DNA from: Desulfuromusa sp.
GTDB lineage: Bacteria; Desulfobacterota; Desulfuromonadia; Desulfuromonadales; Geopsychrobacteraceae
DNA: 64,000 nt
Reading direction: 5' to 3'
Assembly (NCBI GenBank): GCA_033791385.1
Contig: JASJGU010000129.1
Coordinates: 6,843-70,842, forward strand
A program made the position numbers and the translations under genes. The notes below the pieces were generated by a model that worked only from the letters and a program-made list of their open reading frames with translations, was not told the DNA's origin and did not search any database. Shown in pieces: positions 29,083 to 40,919 of this stretch (position 1 is its first letter; the number at the start of each line of letters is the position of its first letter).

Positions 29083-30051
29083 ATGGATACAGTTATTGCG
29101 CTGCTAAAAGATGAAATGCAGGCGGTTGAAAGCCAGTTTAAAAAGAACTTGGCTTCAGACGTACAGCTAGTCAGCCAAGTTGGGGACTATGTTCTTTCGA
29201 GTGGCGGAAAACGCATTCGACCGATGCTACTATTGCTCTGTGCGCGCTTGTGCAATTATCAGGGAGACAAGCATATCGAACTGGCCGGAGTCGTAGAATT
29301 TATCCATACCGCTACGTTATTGCACGATGATGTCGTCGATAGTGCCAATCTACGCCGGGGAAATCGTTCGGCTAATTCGGTTTGGGGCAACCAGGCTTCT
29401 GTGCTGGTTGGTGATTTTCTGTTTGCCAAATCCTTTTCCGTAATGGTTGGCTCTGAAAGTCTGAAAATTCTGCAGATTCTTTCTGATACCACCACTCAGC
29501 TAGCTGAGGGCGAGATCTTGCAATTGATAAATACTTGTGATCTTGAGGTAAATGAACCTCGTTATCTGCAAGTTGTACGCGATAAAACCGCTATTTTGAT
29601 TGCTGCTGCCTGTCAGGTCGCTGGAGTTCTTGCTGGCGTTGATGAAACGCAGGAAATGGCATTGCGTGAATTTGGTCTGGAAATAGGAACTGCTTTTCAG
29701 CTGATGGATGACGCTCTTGATTATATTGCTGATGAAGAGGATTTTGGAAAGGAGAGGGGGCATGATCTCTTCGAAGGGAAGATGACCTTGCCGCTAATCC
29801 ATGCCTATTCTAAGTCCGACCAATTGGAACGTGAGGAAATTTCTAGAATTATCGAAGCTGAAGAATTAATTAAAGAGGATCTGGACTATATTTGTGCTTT
29901 AATCGATACAAAAGGGGGTATCGATTATACTCGTCGTAAGGCAGCTGAGAGAATCGAACGGGCAAAACTGCAACTGGCTCTTTTCTCTGATTGTGACGCG
30001 CGACAGGCCCTTTTCACCCTTGCTGATTATGTTGTTTCTCGTAACAAGTGA
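29083..30051 (+). CDS. ispB: Octaprenyl/long-chain polyprenyl diphosphate synthase
   Basis: GGKRIRP, EFIHTATLLHDDVVD..RRG, FQLMDDALDY, GKMTLPLI. Confidence 0.92.
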   Translation: MDTVIALLKDEMQAVESQFKKNLASDVQLVSQVGDYVLSSGGKRIRPMLLLLCARLCNYQGDKHIELAGVVEFIHTATLLHDDVVDSANLRRGNRSANSVWGNQASVLVGDFLFAKSFSVMVGSESLKILQILSDTTTQLAEGEILQLINTCDLEVNEPRYLQVVRDKTAILIAAACQVAGVLAGVDETQEMALREFGLEIGTAFQLMDDALDYIADEEDFGKERGHDLFEGKMTLPLIHAYSKSDQLEREEISRIIEAEELIKEDLDYICALIDTKGGIDYTRRKAAERIERAKLQLALFSDCDARQALFTLADYVVSRNK

Positions 30052-30148
30052 TCTTCTCATTTGTTAACGTTGGTCTCTTTGCTCATAAGTCTTGCCTTAT
30101 CTTGATCCTTTCTATGCTCCCACCTTAATTTCGTCTATAATCTGACCC

Positions 30149-32659
30149 ATGTTTAATCTCAGTCTGCATAAAAAGGTGCTTGGGGCTTTTCTGCTGCTCT
30201 CTTTGGTTCCCCTGGGCATTTTGTTGTTCACCTCCCAACACAGTTTGCGGCTGGTTGAGGATTTATTACGACAACGTACAACCGAGGCTCTGGACAATCA
30301 AGCGGCCAAAGCCCTTGAAAATCGAGCGCAGATGGTTGCAACGCAGGTGTCTACCTTCTTACAAGAGATCGAAGGCGACCTGCTCGATTTGTCTTTATTG
30401 CCAACGTCTGAGGAAGCTTATCTTGATTTTAGTCGCAGCCATCAACGTGAACTTTGGTATCGCCATGGCACCAATGATAATCCTGTTGAAGTTCGGGAAG
30501 ATGCTTTTCTTTACAGTGAACTGGCCTATGTTGGTGCTAATGGCCGCGAATTGATCCGCATTGTTGCTGGCCAACCATCAAGCCATTATCGAGACGTTTC
30601 CGACCCAGCCCAGACGACTTATAAGACAGAAACTTATTTTAAGCAGGCGGCACAATTAGATACAAGAAAGCCTTGGGTTTCTCGACTGCACGGCTGGTAT
30701 GTCAGTCGTGATGACCAGCTGCAGGGAGCCAAAAACCCACTAGAAGCGGTACAGGGTACTGTCTATCGTGGAGTGATCCGCTTTGCCACCCCGATAAGAA
30801 AAAATGGCGATCTCCAAGGGGTCGTTGTTTTATCCCTCGATCATCGTCATTTGATGGAATATACTCAGCATATTTCATCGATTGGTGATAAGGACGTTGT
30901 CTTTCCTTCCTATTCCAGTGGCAATTATTCCTTTATGTTTGATGATCAGGGTTGGATGATTGCTCATCCCAAATATTGGGATATCCGTGGTTATGACACT
31001 GATGGGCAGTTGGTGCCTGCTTATAGTTCTGAGACGCCGGAAAAGGATATTCAGTCTGGGCGGATTCCTTTTAATCTGTTTTCTGCCAGCTTTATCCACC
31101 CCAATTACCCTCTCGTTGCTGAAGCCATTTTACGTGGAGAATCCGGGGTTGTTGAAACGGTCAATGTTGGCGGATCAAATAAAATCATGGCTTATGCCCC
31201 AATCTATTATGAAGAGGGAATATATCGGGATCATAATATCTTCGGCGGTATTACCATCGGAGCTGAAATTGATCAATTTCATCAGCCAGCAGTCACAACT
31301 TCTCTTCTGATTCGCCGGGAAATTAATAATTATCTGAAGCAATCATGGTTGGTGATCTCTTTGACTGTCATGTTTGTGATTGCGACCGCCTATATTCTAT
31401 CTGACAGCATTGTCAACCCGGTTCTTTTGTTAACAGAAGGTACCCGGCGGTTGATTCGTGGCAATTTGTCCCCCGTAGTTAAGGTTAACTCAAATGATGA
31501 AGTCGGGGTGTTGGCTGATTCATTCAATACGATGGTTGATGAACTGAACAGTCGGCGGCGGCGATTACTACAGACGTTACAAGCACTACGGCAATCGCGT
31601 AAAGAAATTATCCGCGAGAGAAATTTTAAGAATACGGTTTTTGAAAATATAGAAACCGGTCTGCTCACTTTTGATACGGACAGCAAGGTCACTTCCGCCA
31701 ATGGATCTGCCTGTCAGATATTGGAGATTGATCGTCCTGGAAATGATTGCAGTTGGAAAAAATTGTTGGTTGAGTGGCCTGAATTGCATGAAGTTCTTGG
31801 TCAGTGGTTTTTGACAGGTAAGGCAGGCGAAAGCAGATCTTTCCGGAAGTATATATCGCTGGAAAGAAAGGGCAGAACCCTGACCTACCGGATGGCAATG
31901 TTTCCGTTGAGTTTTCGCCAGCAGGAAGGTTGGCTACTGACTATTGAAGATCTGACTGAACGTGTCAATTTGCGTCAGCAGATGGCACGGATGGATCGTT
32001 TGGCTTCTTTGGGCAGAATGTCAGCCGGTATAGCTCATGAAGTTCGCAATCCTCTGACCGGAGTCAGCCTGCTTCTGGATGAACTCCACGACCGTTTACT
32101 GGGTCAGGAAAATGATCAACAGCTGATTCGTCGCGCATTGGGTGAAATTGAACGATTGGAGTCGCTGGTGAATGAGATGTTACATTTTTCATCGCTGCCA
32201 ACCCCTAAGCTTTTTTATGGCCATATTGAAAAAGTAGTCCAGGATTCCGTGTTTTTAACTCGTAAACAGTGTCAACGGCAAAGTGTTAAGCTGATTTTAC
32301 AGGTAGCTGACAACCTCCCGGAACTCATGATGGATGCAGATCGGGTAAAGCAGGTCTTGTTGAATTTACTGAACAATGCTCTAGATGCCATGCCGGATGG
32401 TGGAGAGTTGAAAATTGCGGTGGAAACCCGTAATGATGAAATATTGATTCGTGTTACTGATACCGGAGTTGGTATCTCCCCAGAGCAGCTGCCATTAATT
32501 TTTGAGCCGTTCTTTACCAGTAAAGGGCAGGGGACAGGGCTGGGACTGGCGATAAGTTATAATATTATCTCTGATCGTGGTGGTGAAATCCAAATAGAAA
32601 GTAAATTGGGTGTCGGTACAACTGTGTTGGTTTCGCTGCCGATAAACCCGATTGGCTGA
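30149..32659 (+). CDS. Sensor histidine kinase (periplasmic Cache-like domain, HAMP, PAS, HisKA, HATPase_c)
   Basis: Two TM segments, [19 protein letters not shown]-box [26 protein letters not shown]. Confidence 0.93.
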   Translation: MFNLSLHKKVLGAFLLLSLVPLGILLFTSQHSLRLVEDLLRQRTTEALDNQAAKALENRAQMVATQVSTFLQEIEGDLLDLSLLPTSEEAYLDFSRSHQRELWYRHGTNDNPVEVREDAFLYSELAYVGANGRELIRIVAGQPSSHYRDVSDPAQTTYKTETYFKQAAQLDTRKPWVSRLHGWYVSRDDQLQGAKNPLEAVQGTVYRGVIRFATPIRKNGDLQGVVVLSLDHRHLMEYTQHISSIGDKDVVFPSYSSGNYSFMFDDQGWMIAHPKYWDIRGYDTDGQLVPAYSSETPEKDIQSGRIPFNLFSASFIHPNYPLVAEAILRGESGVVETVNVGGSNKIMAYAPIYYEEGIYRDHNIFGGITIGAEIDQFHQPAVTTSLLIRREINNYLKQSWLVISLTVMFVIATAYILSDSIVNPVLLLTEGTRRLIRGNLSPVVKVNSNDEVGVLADSFNTMVDELNSRRRRLLQTLQALRQSRKEIIRERNFKNTVFENIETGLLTFDTDSKVTSANGSACQILEIDRPGNDCSWKKLLVEWPELHEVLGQWFLTGKAGESRSFRKYISLERKGRTLTYRMAMFPLSFRQQEGWLLTIEDLTERVNLRQQMARMDRLASLGRMSAGIAHEVRNPLTGVSLLLDELHDRLLGQENDQQLIRRALGEIERLESLVNEMLHFSSLPTPKLFYGHIEKVVQDSVFLTRKQCQRQSVKLILQVADNLPELMMDADRVKQVLLNLLNNALDAMPDGGELKIAVETRNDEILIRVTDTGVGISPEQLPLIFEPFFTSKGQGTGLGLAISYNIISDRGGEIQIESKLGVGTTVLVSLPINPIG

Positions 32660-32705
32660 AACGATTTTTTAGCTGGTTCAGATATCTAAACCAGGAGTAA
32701 GTGCT

Positions 32706-34073
32706 ATGGAAAAAATCCTTATTGTTGATGATGAAGCTTTTATCCGGGAAAATCTGGAACGTATTATTGCTGAAGATGGTTACCGGCCTATTTCCACCGA
32801 ATTTTCAGATGAGGCTATTCGTATTGTCTCTGAAGAAGAGATTAGCTTGGTGTTGCTTGATCTCAATCTAGGCAGTAGCAGTGGCCTGGATGTATTACGA
32901 GCGATGCGTGAGGTTGATCCTGAAATTTTGGTGATTATTATTACCGGCTACGGAACAGTTGAGAGTGCAGTTGATGCGTTGAAAATAGGCGCCTATGATT
33001 ACATTAAAAAACCGTTCAAAGCTGATGCGATTCGTTTGATTGTTAAGCTGGCATTGGAAACTCAAAATCTGCGCCGTAAAGTCAAGCGTTTGTCCCGTGA
33101 TGCTGCTGGTATCAATATGGTAGGAAACAGTCCGCCGTTATTGCATATTTTTCAGCAAATCCGCGAAGTGGCTAAACACGAAACGGCTACGGTACTGATC
33201 ACTGGAGAGAGTGGAACTGGAAAGGAGTTAGTTGCTCAGGCAATTCATAATTTATCACCGCGCAGTGAGCAGCCTTTTATAGAAATCAATTGTGGATCAT
33301 TGCCATTTAATCTCCTTGAGACAGAACTGTTTGGGCATGAACGGGGCGCATTTACCGATGCAAAAAACCGTAAAATAGGGTTGTTCGAAGAGGCTGACGG
33401 CGGTTCTATTTTTCTGGATGAGATCGGAGAGATGGATATAGGTCTCCAGGTGAAACTGCTACGGGTGCTTGAGGATCGTAAAATTCGCCGGCTTGGAGGT
33501 AGTCGCAATATAGATATCAATGTGCGTATTATTGCTGCAACCAATGCCGAATTAAAGGGTGCACTTGAGCGCAAGGAGTTTCGTGAGGATCTCTACTATC
33601 GCCTCAATGTTTTCCCCATTCATATTCCACCCCTACGCGAGCGGCGGGAAGATATATCGCTATTACTCGAGTATTTTTTGCAACGGTTCAGTAAAGAATT
33701 CAATAAGTCAATGCGTGGCTTCAGTCGTGATGCCCTTGATCTGGTCATGCGTTATCATTGGCCTGGAAATGTTAGAGAACTGCGCAACGTGGTTGAACGA
33801 ATCTGTATTATGTACAATGTTGAGATGATTTTGCCAGCGCACCTACCGCGTGAAATCTGGGGTGAATCGCCACAGAGCGAAATGCCATTTAAATATGAAA
33901 TTCCACCAGAAGGAATTGTACTTGATGATGTTGTTGGGCAAGTCGAAAAAGAGTTAGTTGAAAAAGCTTTCCGGATTACCGGCGGAAATGTAGCTAAAAC
34001 TGCTCGAATATTGAATGTGCCGCGTGGAACCCTCCGCTATAAACTGGAAAAATATCAGTTAAGCAGTGACTGA
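32706..34073 (+). CDS. Sigma54-dependent response regulator (NtrC/AtoC family)
   Basis: REC domain, GESGTGKE, GAFTDA, FLDEIGE, WPGNVRELRN, Fis-type HTH. Confidence 0.95.
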   Translation: MEKILIVDDEAFIRENLERIIAEDGYRPISTEFSDEAIRIVSEEEISLVLLDLNLGSSSGLDVLRAMREVDPEILVIIITGYGTVESAVDALKIGAYDYIKKPFKADAIRLIVKLALETQNLRRKVKRLSRDAAGINMVGNSPPLLHIFQQIREVAKHETATVLITGESGTGKELVAQAIHNLSPRSEQPFIEINCGSLPFNLLETELFGHERGAFTDAKNRKIGLFEEADGGSIFLDEIGEMDIGLQVKLLRVLEDRKIRRLGGSRNIDINVRIIAATNAELKGALERKEFREDLYYRLNVFPIHIPPLRERREDISLLLEYFLQRFSKEFNKSMRGFSRDALDLVMRYHWPGNVRELRNVVERICIMYNVEMILPAHLPREIWGESPQSEMPFKYEIPPEGIVLDDVVGQVEKELVEKAFRITGGNVAKTARILNVPRGTLRYKLEKYQLSSD

Positions 34074-34134
34074 CTTTCTAGTATTTTGTCTGATAGGAAG
34101 TTACAGTTTGATTCTTGATGATTAATGGATGTAA

Positions 34135-35154
34135 TTGTCATCTGAAGTTAATGGATACAACGTGAAAAAATATTTTATTGCCTTTTATTTCTCTGGATTG
34201 TTTCTTTTGCTGACTCTTGGTCAGGCCGTTTATGCTGGTGACAATGGTGACTATTCTCTGTGGTTGGAAAAATTCAGGGAGGAGGCTCAGCACTCTGGGA
34301 TTAAAGCCGAAACATTGAAAACTGCTCTGTCTGATGTCAAACCCCTCGACTGGATTATCAAATTGGATCGGGCTCAACCTGAATTCACAAAAACTCTCGA
34401 TGAATATCTTGCCGGGGCAGTGACTTCAAAACGGATCCAAGAAGGTCAGCGGTTATTATCTGAAAATTCGGACATATTAGCCCAAGTTGCAAAGAAATAT
34501 CAGGTTCAGCCAAGGTTCTTAATGGCTCTGTGGGGGATTGAAACCAGCTTTGGTCTGCATACCGGGAAAGTTCCAGTCATTGATGCGTTGGTCACCCTTG
34601 CTTATGATGGTCGACGTAGTCAGTATTTCCGTTCCGAGCTGTTGACTGCGCTTAAAATTCTTGATCAGGGTCATATAAAATATGATCAGCTGCAAGGATC
34701 CTGGGCTGGAGCTATGGGGCAGGTACAATTTATGCCATCAACTTTTTCAAACTTTGCAGTTGATGGCAACGGCGATGAACGTATCGATCTGTGGAGCACT
34801 CGTGAAGATTATCTGTCTTCCGCCGCTAATTATCTTGTCAAATCGGGCTGGGATAAAAAATACACCTGGGGGCGTGAGGTCAATTTGCCGAAACATCTCA
34901 CTGCGGATTACTTTGGTTTAGAACAGCAGCATTTTTTATCCGAATGGCAGAAACTCGGGGTGCGGACAATCGGCAATAAGGATTTACCCAAAATCCAGAT
35001 CACGGCTTCTTTGATCCAACCAGATGGTCCAGAAGGGAGGGCGTTTCTAGTTTATGCAAACTATCGCGTTCTGATGAAGTGGAATAAAGCCCACCGTTTT
35101 GCCATTGCCGTTGGAACACTGGCTGACCAGATTGGTGGTCGCAAGCCCGAGTAA
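34135..35154 (+). CDS. Lytic murein transglycosylase (SLT_2/MltB family)
   Basis: LDRAQPEF, ALWGIETSFG, TLAYDGRR, GSWAGAMGQVQFMPS, SAANYL; the real start may be the GTG at 34162. Confidence 0.92.
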   Translation: MSSEVNGYNVKKYFIAFYFSGLFLLLTLGQAVYAGDNGDYSLWLEKFREEAQHSGIKAETLKTALSDVKPLDWIIKLDRAQPEFTKTLDEYLAGAVTSKRIQEGQRLLSENSDILAQVAKKYQVQPRFLMALWGIETSFGLHTGKVPVIDALVTLAYDGRRSQYFRSELLTALKILDQGHIKYDQLQGSWAGAMGQVQFMPSTFSNFAVDGNGDERIDLWSTREDYLSSAANYLVKSGWDKKYTWGREVNLPKHLTADYFGLEQQHFLSEWQKLGVRTIGNKDLPKIQITASLIQPDGPEGRAFLVYANYRVLMKWNKAHRFAIAVGTLADQIGGRKPE

Positions 35155-35211
35155 TTATCTATAAATTCTGTGTTGGAAATGTTTGGCAGTTCCTTTGCTT
35201 GCAGCGTAGTT

Positions 35212-35442
35212 TTATCCCCCTTCAAGTAGGGGGAGTAACATCAGTGTGTCACCACTCTGCAGAAGGTCTTCAGCTCTGGCATGGATACCGTTAATCAGAA
35301 CAATTCCCAGCAGTTGAATGGGAATCTGCAGGTCGTCAATTACCTTCTGGGCATTGCTGCCATCCGGATATTCACGCAACTCTTTTTTGAAGCGATTAGT
35401 GCGAAATATCCCGTGGAGGCTGACGGTGATCTGCATGCTCAT
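35212..35442 (-). CDS. MoaD/ThiS family sulfur-carrier (ubiquitin-like) protein
   Basis: 76 aa with VLING....DLLQSGD.L.LLP.LEGG and a C-terminal Gly-Gly. Confidence 0.85.
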   Translation of the reverse strand: MSMQITVSLHGIFRTNRFKKELREYPDGSNAQKVIDDLQIPIQLLGIVLINGIHARAEDLLQSGDTLMLLPLLEGG

Positions 35443-35603
35443 TTCTCCAGTTTTATAAGAAGCAGCCAGAATTTTTTGCGGATATCAAGAAAAGTAATAT
35501 ACTCGGGTTTGCTGAAGCCTACATCAACAATATATTTGTTGTCTAAGATTAATTGATAAGTAAGGTATCGAGGTCTGTATAATAGCCTGTCAGGTGCAAA
35601 TAA

Positions 35604-36002
35604 ATGAACGGCATTGTAATATTTGATGGTATATGCAATTTATGCGCACATTCTGTACGGTTCATCTTGAACCATGAAGCCGATCAATCAATTCGTTTTG
35701 CCGCTATCCAGTCACTTGCCGGAACAAGGCTGATGCGGCAGCACGGGATTGATCCAGAAGACGCGAAGACATTCGTGTTCCTATCTGCAGGCAAGTTATA
35801 TGTGAAGTCAGACGCAGCGATACAAGTGTCTAAATTATTGCGTTGGCCCTGGAAAATAATCGGCGCAGTCAAAATTATTCCGCGCCCAGTCAGAGACTGG
35901 GCGTATGACCTGATCGCACGTCATCGGTATCGTTGGTTCGGGCGTTATGAGACTTGCATGTTACCAAGCCCCAATTTCAAAGCTCGTTTCATTGACGAGT
36001 AG
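35604..36002 (+). CDS. DCC1-like thiol-disulfide oxidoreductase (DUF393)
   Basis: IFDGICNLC, FAAIQS..G, KSDAA, RDWAYDLIARHRYRWFG...C. Confidence 0.92.
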   Translation: MNGIVIFDGICNLCAHSVRFILNHEADQSIRFAAIQSLAGTRLMRQHGIDPEDAKTFVFLSAGKLYVKSDAAIQVSKLLRWPWKIIGAVKIIPRPVRDWAYDLIARHRYRWFGRYETCMLPSPNFKARFIDE

Positions 36003-36012
36003 CGTAAATACA

Positions 36013-36072
36013 ATTCAACAAGTCGTTGCAGTCGGCGCCGATTATCGACGCGGCTGAACTGGAAAGTTAGTC
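36013..36072 (+). mobile_element. Integron attC recombination site
   Basis: R'' ATTCAAC, 5-nt spacer, L'' GTT(G)CAGT, self-complementary centre, L' GCTGAAC, 6-nt spacer, R' GTTAGTC; 60 bp, starting 10 bp after the DCC1 stop. Confidence 0.8.
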
Positions 36073-36101
36073 CCCTAAAGTCAGAGCCTGCAGAAGACAG
36101 T

Positions 36102-36638
36102 ATGCACAACGAAGTCCTTTCATTCTGGTTTGAAGAAATTGAACCAAAGATGTGGTGGGTTGCTGATCCGGACTTTGACCGCCAGATCAAGGTGCGTTTT
36201 CTCCATGTTATTACTCAGGCAGTGCAAGGAGAGCTGTTCCCCTGGCGTAAGGAGCCAAGGGGTCGGCTCGCAGAAATCATTGTGCTAGACCAGTTTTTAC
36301 GAAATGTTTTCCGCAATACTCCGGCAGCATTTGCACAAGATCCTATGGCCTTAGTCTTGGCCCAAGAAGCCGTTGGCGCCGGGATCCAAGAGTCGCTCTC
36401 GGCTCCAGAGTGCGGGTTCCTCTTAATGCCATTCATGCACAGTGAATCTAGGTTGATCCACGTGGTAGCGGAGGGCCTTTTTCGTGAGCTGGCTCCACCG
36501 CACAGCTATCAATTTGAGCTGAAACATAAAGCCATAATTGACCGTTTCGGACGCTATCCCCACCGAAATGAGATTCTCGGGCGCACATCCAGCACTGAAG
36601 AAATCGAGTTTCTGAAGCAGCCGGGGTCAAGCTTCTGA
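36102..36638 (+). CDS. DUF924 family protein
   Basis: VLSFWF...WW..D..FD..I..RF, LAEIIVLDQF.RN.FR, MPFMHSE, II.RFGRYPHRN.ILGR.ST.EE. Confidence 0.93.
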   Translation: MHNEVLSFWFEEIEPKMWWVADPDFDRQIKVRFLHVITQAVQGELFPWRKEPRGRLAEIIVLDQFLRNVFRNTPAAFAQDPMALVLAQEAVGAGIQESLSAPECGFLLMPFMHSESRLIHVVAEGLFRELAPPHSYQFELKHKAIIDRFGRYPHRNEILGRTSSTEEIEFLKQPGSSF

Positions 36639-36732
36639 ATAGTTTAATCAGACTAGGTTCAGCTCGTTTAGCTTGGCTCGATAAGCGTTGAAGGCTTTAG
36701 CGAAAAATTCCCCGCAACAAGTTATGAGAAGT

Positions 36733-38121
<1,389 letters not shown>

Positions 38122-38299
38122 CTATAGCTGTGGCCGAATGTCCTCGCAACCATTTATCATGCTTGTTGTTGAAAAAAATATAAGCTTTATAGTCCTTAAG
38201 AAGCTTTGTTCGTTTTGACTGGTAAATGAGCGACATTGCCGATAGCATGTTGCAATTATTAACTGAATTTTTTTCTTAATATCTGTCTCGCAGGAACCG

Positions 38300-39994
38300 A
38301 TGAAAACAATTTCCGCAGAACTTGCCTATTTTTTACGCGGCCGAGCCAAGCAGAATCTTAAAATACTGTGGTACTACAGTTTTTTTCTGATTTTGTTGGT
38401 TCTGGTCTACGCAACCCTGTTTCGCTACTTGATGATCAATCTCGAAGGGCGGGAGTATTCCTTTATCGCCGGGGTCTACTGGGCGATCACCGTTATGACT
38501 ACGCTCGGTTTCGGTGATATTACTTTCCATACCGATCTTGGTTATATATTTGCTGCTGTGGTGACGATTTCCGGGGTAGTGTTTCTACTTATCATTCTGC
38601 CGTTCGGTTTGATCAGCCTGTTCCTGGCTCCCTGGATTGAACAACGGTTGCGCTATCGTCCCAGCTTCACTTTGCCAGCTGATACCTCCGGTCATGTCTT
38701 GATTTTCGGTATTAATCCTACCGCTCGTGCGTTGATCCATAATCTTGAAAGCCTCTCAATCCCATTTGTTATCATAACTGAAGATTATCAGGAATCATTG
38801 CGTCTGGAGGAGGAAGAGGGAATTCGCGTGGTTTGTGGCTCGGTAACCGATAAAAAGCTACTCTCCGGGATTCGGGTTGCTTCTGCGCGCTATATCTTTG
38901 TCAATCTCAGTGATACCCAGAACGTTAATCTGTGCTTGACGATCCGAGCTATCTGTAAAACCCCGATAGCAGCAATTGTTAGCGATCCAGAGCACCTTGA
39001 ACTTATGCACTTAGCTGGGGCTAATAAGGTAGTGCCCCTGACGCGGATCATTGGCCGTTATCTTGGAATACGTTCGACGACACAAGGGGCTTTAGCTCAT
39101 ATTATTGATTCTTTTGGTCGGTTGAAAATTGCTGAAATCCCGGTTAATTGCACTCCTTTTGCGGGGCAGACCCTGGAGCAGGCTGAAATTCGTCAAAAGA
39201 CCGGACTGGCAGTGATTGGTGTCTTGGAGCGCGGAGTGTTTACTGTGCCGTCGAAAGATACAGTTCTGTCTCCGTTATCTCTGGTGGTTCTGGCGGGAAC
39301 CCGTGAGCAGTTAGCGCTGTTGGAGCAGTTGACCGGTGAGCAGGCAGAAGATGATCTGATCTTTATCTTAGGCCATGGGAAAATCGGCTGCGCAGCAGCG
39401 AACTTTCTGGATCATATCCCCGTTCCTTATCTATTAATCGATCATACCGAGAACCAAAATTGCGACAAACACATCTCGGTTATCGGTGATGCCACCAATT
39501 GTCAGTTGTTACGTAAATCGGGAATTGAACGGGCTAAGGGTTTGATTGTAACAACTAATGATGATAGTACCAATGTCTTCTTGACCTTAAGTAGTCGTCA
39601 TTCTAACCCGCATATCAGGATCGTTGCTCGAGCGAACACGGAAGAGAATGTTGCGCAACTTTATGCGGCTGGAGCCGATTTTGTTGTTTCTAATGCCTCG
39701 GTTGGTGCGAATATTCTGACCAATATCCTGGAATCGAAAGAGTCAATTTTTCTTACCGAAGGGCTGACGATTTTCCGTCGACCTCTGCCTGAAAACTTGG
39801 TCGGAAAAACTATTGAGGAATCGCGGATTAGACCACTGACTGGTTGCTCGGTTGTTGCCCTTGAAATGATCGGATCGAACCCGCTCCCTTCTCCACCGCC
39901 AGATACTAGGTTAGAGACCGGAATGAAATTGGTTCTGATCGGCAACACACACCAAGAAGAAGCTTTTATCCAACAGTTTGGTAGCAAACGATGA
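38300..39994 (+). CDS. Potassium channel protein with tandem TrkA-N/TrkA-C (RCK) domains
   Basis: Pore motif TMTTLGFGDI between two TM helices, followed by two RCK repeats. Confidence 0.9.
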   Translation: MKTISAELAYFLRGRAKQNLKILWYYSFFLILLVLVYATLFRYLMINLEGREYSFIAGVYWAITVMTTLGFGDITFHTDLGYIFAAVVTISGVVFLLIILPFGLISLFLAPWIEQRLRYRPSFTLPADTSGHVLIFGINPTARALIHNLESLSIPFVIITEDYQESLRLEEEEGIRVVCGSVTDKKLLSGIRVASARYIFVNLSDTQNVNLCLTIRAICKTPIAAIVSDPEHLELMHLAGANKVVPLTRIIGRYLGIRSTTQGALAHIIDSFGRLKIAEIPVNCTPFAGQTLEQAEIRQKTGLAVIGVLERGVFTVPSKDTVLSPLSLVVLAGTREQLALLEQLTGEQAEDDLIFILGHGKIGCAAANFLDHIPVPYLLIDHTENQNCDKHISVIGDATNCQLLRKSGIERAKGLIVTTNDDSTNVFLTLSSRHSNPHIRIVARANTEENVAQLYAAGADFVVSNASVGANILTNILESKESIFLTEGLTIFRRPLPENLVGKTIEESRIRPLTGCSVVALEMIGSNPLPSPPPDTRLETGMKLVLIGNTHQEEAFIQQFGSKR

Positions 39995-40899
39995 GCGAAT
40001 TGATGAGGATAGAAGGGAAAACGATTTCCTTAGTCCTCGGTAGCGGTGGCGCCAGAGGTTTGGCACATATCGGCGTTATTCAGGTACTGGAAGAGCGGGG
40101 TTATGCTATCCATTCGATCTCTGGTTCGTCCATGGGGGCTTTGATTGGCGGAATTTACGCAGCTGGAAAGTTGGATATTTACACCGAGTGGGTTTGTGCT
40201 CTAGATCGTTTCGATGTGTTGCGCTTACTCGATGTCTCTTTCAGTGGATCGGCTATTTTCAAAGGGGAGCGGATTATCAATACGCTGCGGGAACTCATCG
40301 GTGAGCAGAATATTGAAGACCTTCCGATCTCTTTTACCGCCGTTGCGACAGATATTGAGGAAAGCAGGGAGGTCTGGCTTTCCAATGGACCTCTATGCGA
40401 CGCTATCCGGGCATCGATTGCTTTTCCAACGGTCTTTTCCGCTATTTCCTACAAAGGGAAAACTCTGGTTGATGGCGGCTTGTTGAATCCCGTTCCAATT
40501 GCGCCAACGATGCGTGATCTGACAGATATGACGATTGCTGTCAGCTTAAGTGGTAATGCGAAGATCATTCCAGCAGATTTGCCGAAGGTCGTTAAACTTC
40601 CTGATAAGCGCAACCGATATCATCAGAAAGTTATAGATTTTATTGACAGTTTGCAGCGTAAAGATAATGGTAAAAAAGAAGATGACGCTGGTTTTTTTGA
40701 TATTATTTCAAAGAGCCTTGATGTTATGCAATCAACAATCGCTAATTTTAAACTTGCTTCCTACAAGCCCGATATATTGATTGAAATACCAAAAGATGTT
40801 TGTACCATTTATGAATTTGAACGAGCCAAAGAGTTAATTGAAATCGGTCGTCGTGAAGCAACTGCCAGACTGGATGAATTCGACCGCGCTACTCAATAG
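39991..40899 (+). CDS. Patatin-like phospholipase (RssA-like)
   Basis: GSGGARGLAH, GSSMG nucleophile elbow, DGG. Confidence 0.92.
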   Translation: MSELMRIEGKTISLVLGSGGARGLAHIGVIQVLEERGYAIHSISGSSMGALIGGIYAAGKLDIYTEWVCALDRFDVLRLLDVSFSGSAIFKGERIINTLRELIGEQNIEDLPISFTAVATDIEESREVWLSNGPLCDAIRASIAFPTVFSAISYKGKTLVDGGLLNPVPIAPTMRDLTDMTIAVSLSGNAKIIPADLPKVVKLPDKRNRYHQKVIDFIDSLQRKDNGKKEDDAGFFDIISKSLDVMQSTIANFKLASYKPDILIEIPKDVCTIYEFERAKELIEIGRREATARLDEFDRATQ

Positions 40900-40919
40900 G
40901 TTTGTCTCCTCTGTTTTGG

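Noticed and set aside
33343-33363. GAFTDA instead of GAFTGA in the sigma54 activator
   Set aside because: This is a common natural variant in this protein family and not evidence of novelty.
38224-38246. Sigma28-like TAAA...GCCGATA upstream of the K+ channel
   Set aside because: The spacing is 11 nt rather than about 15 nt, so it is not supportable.
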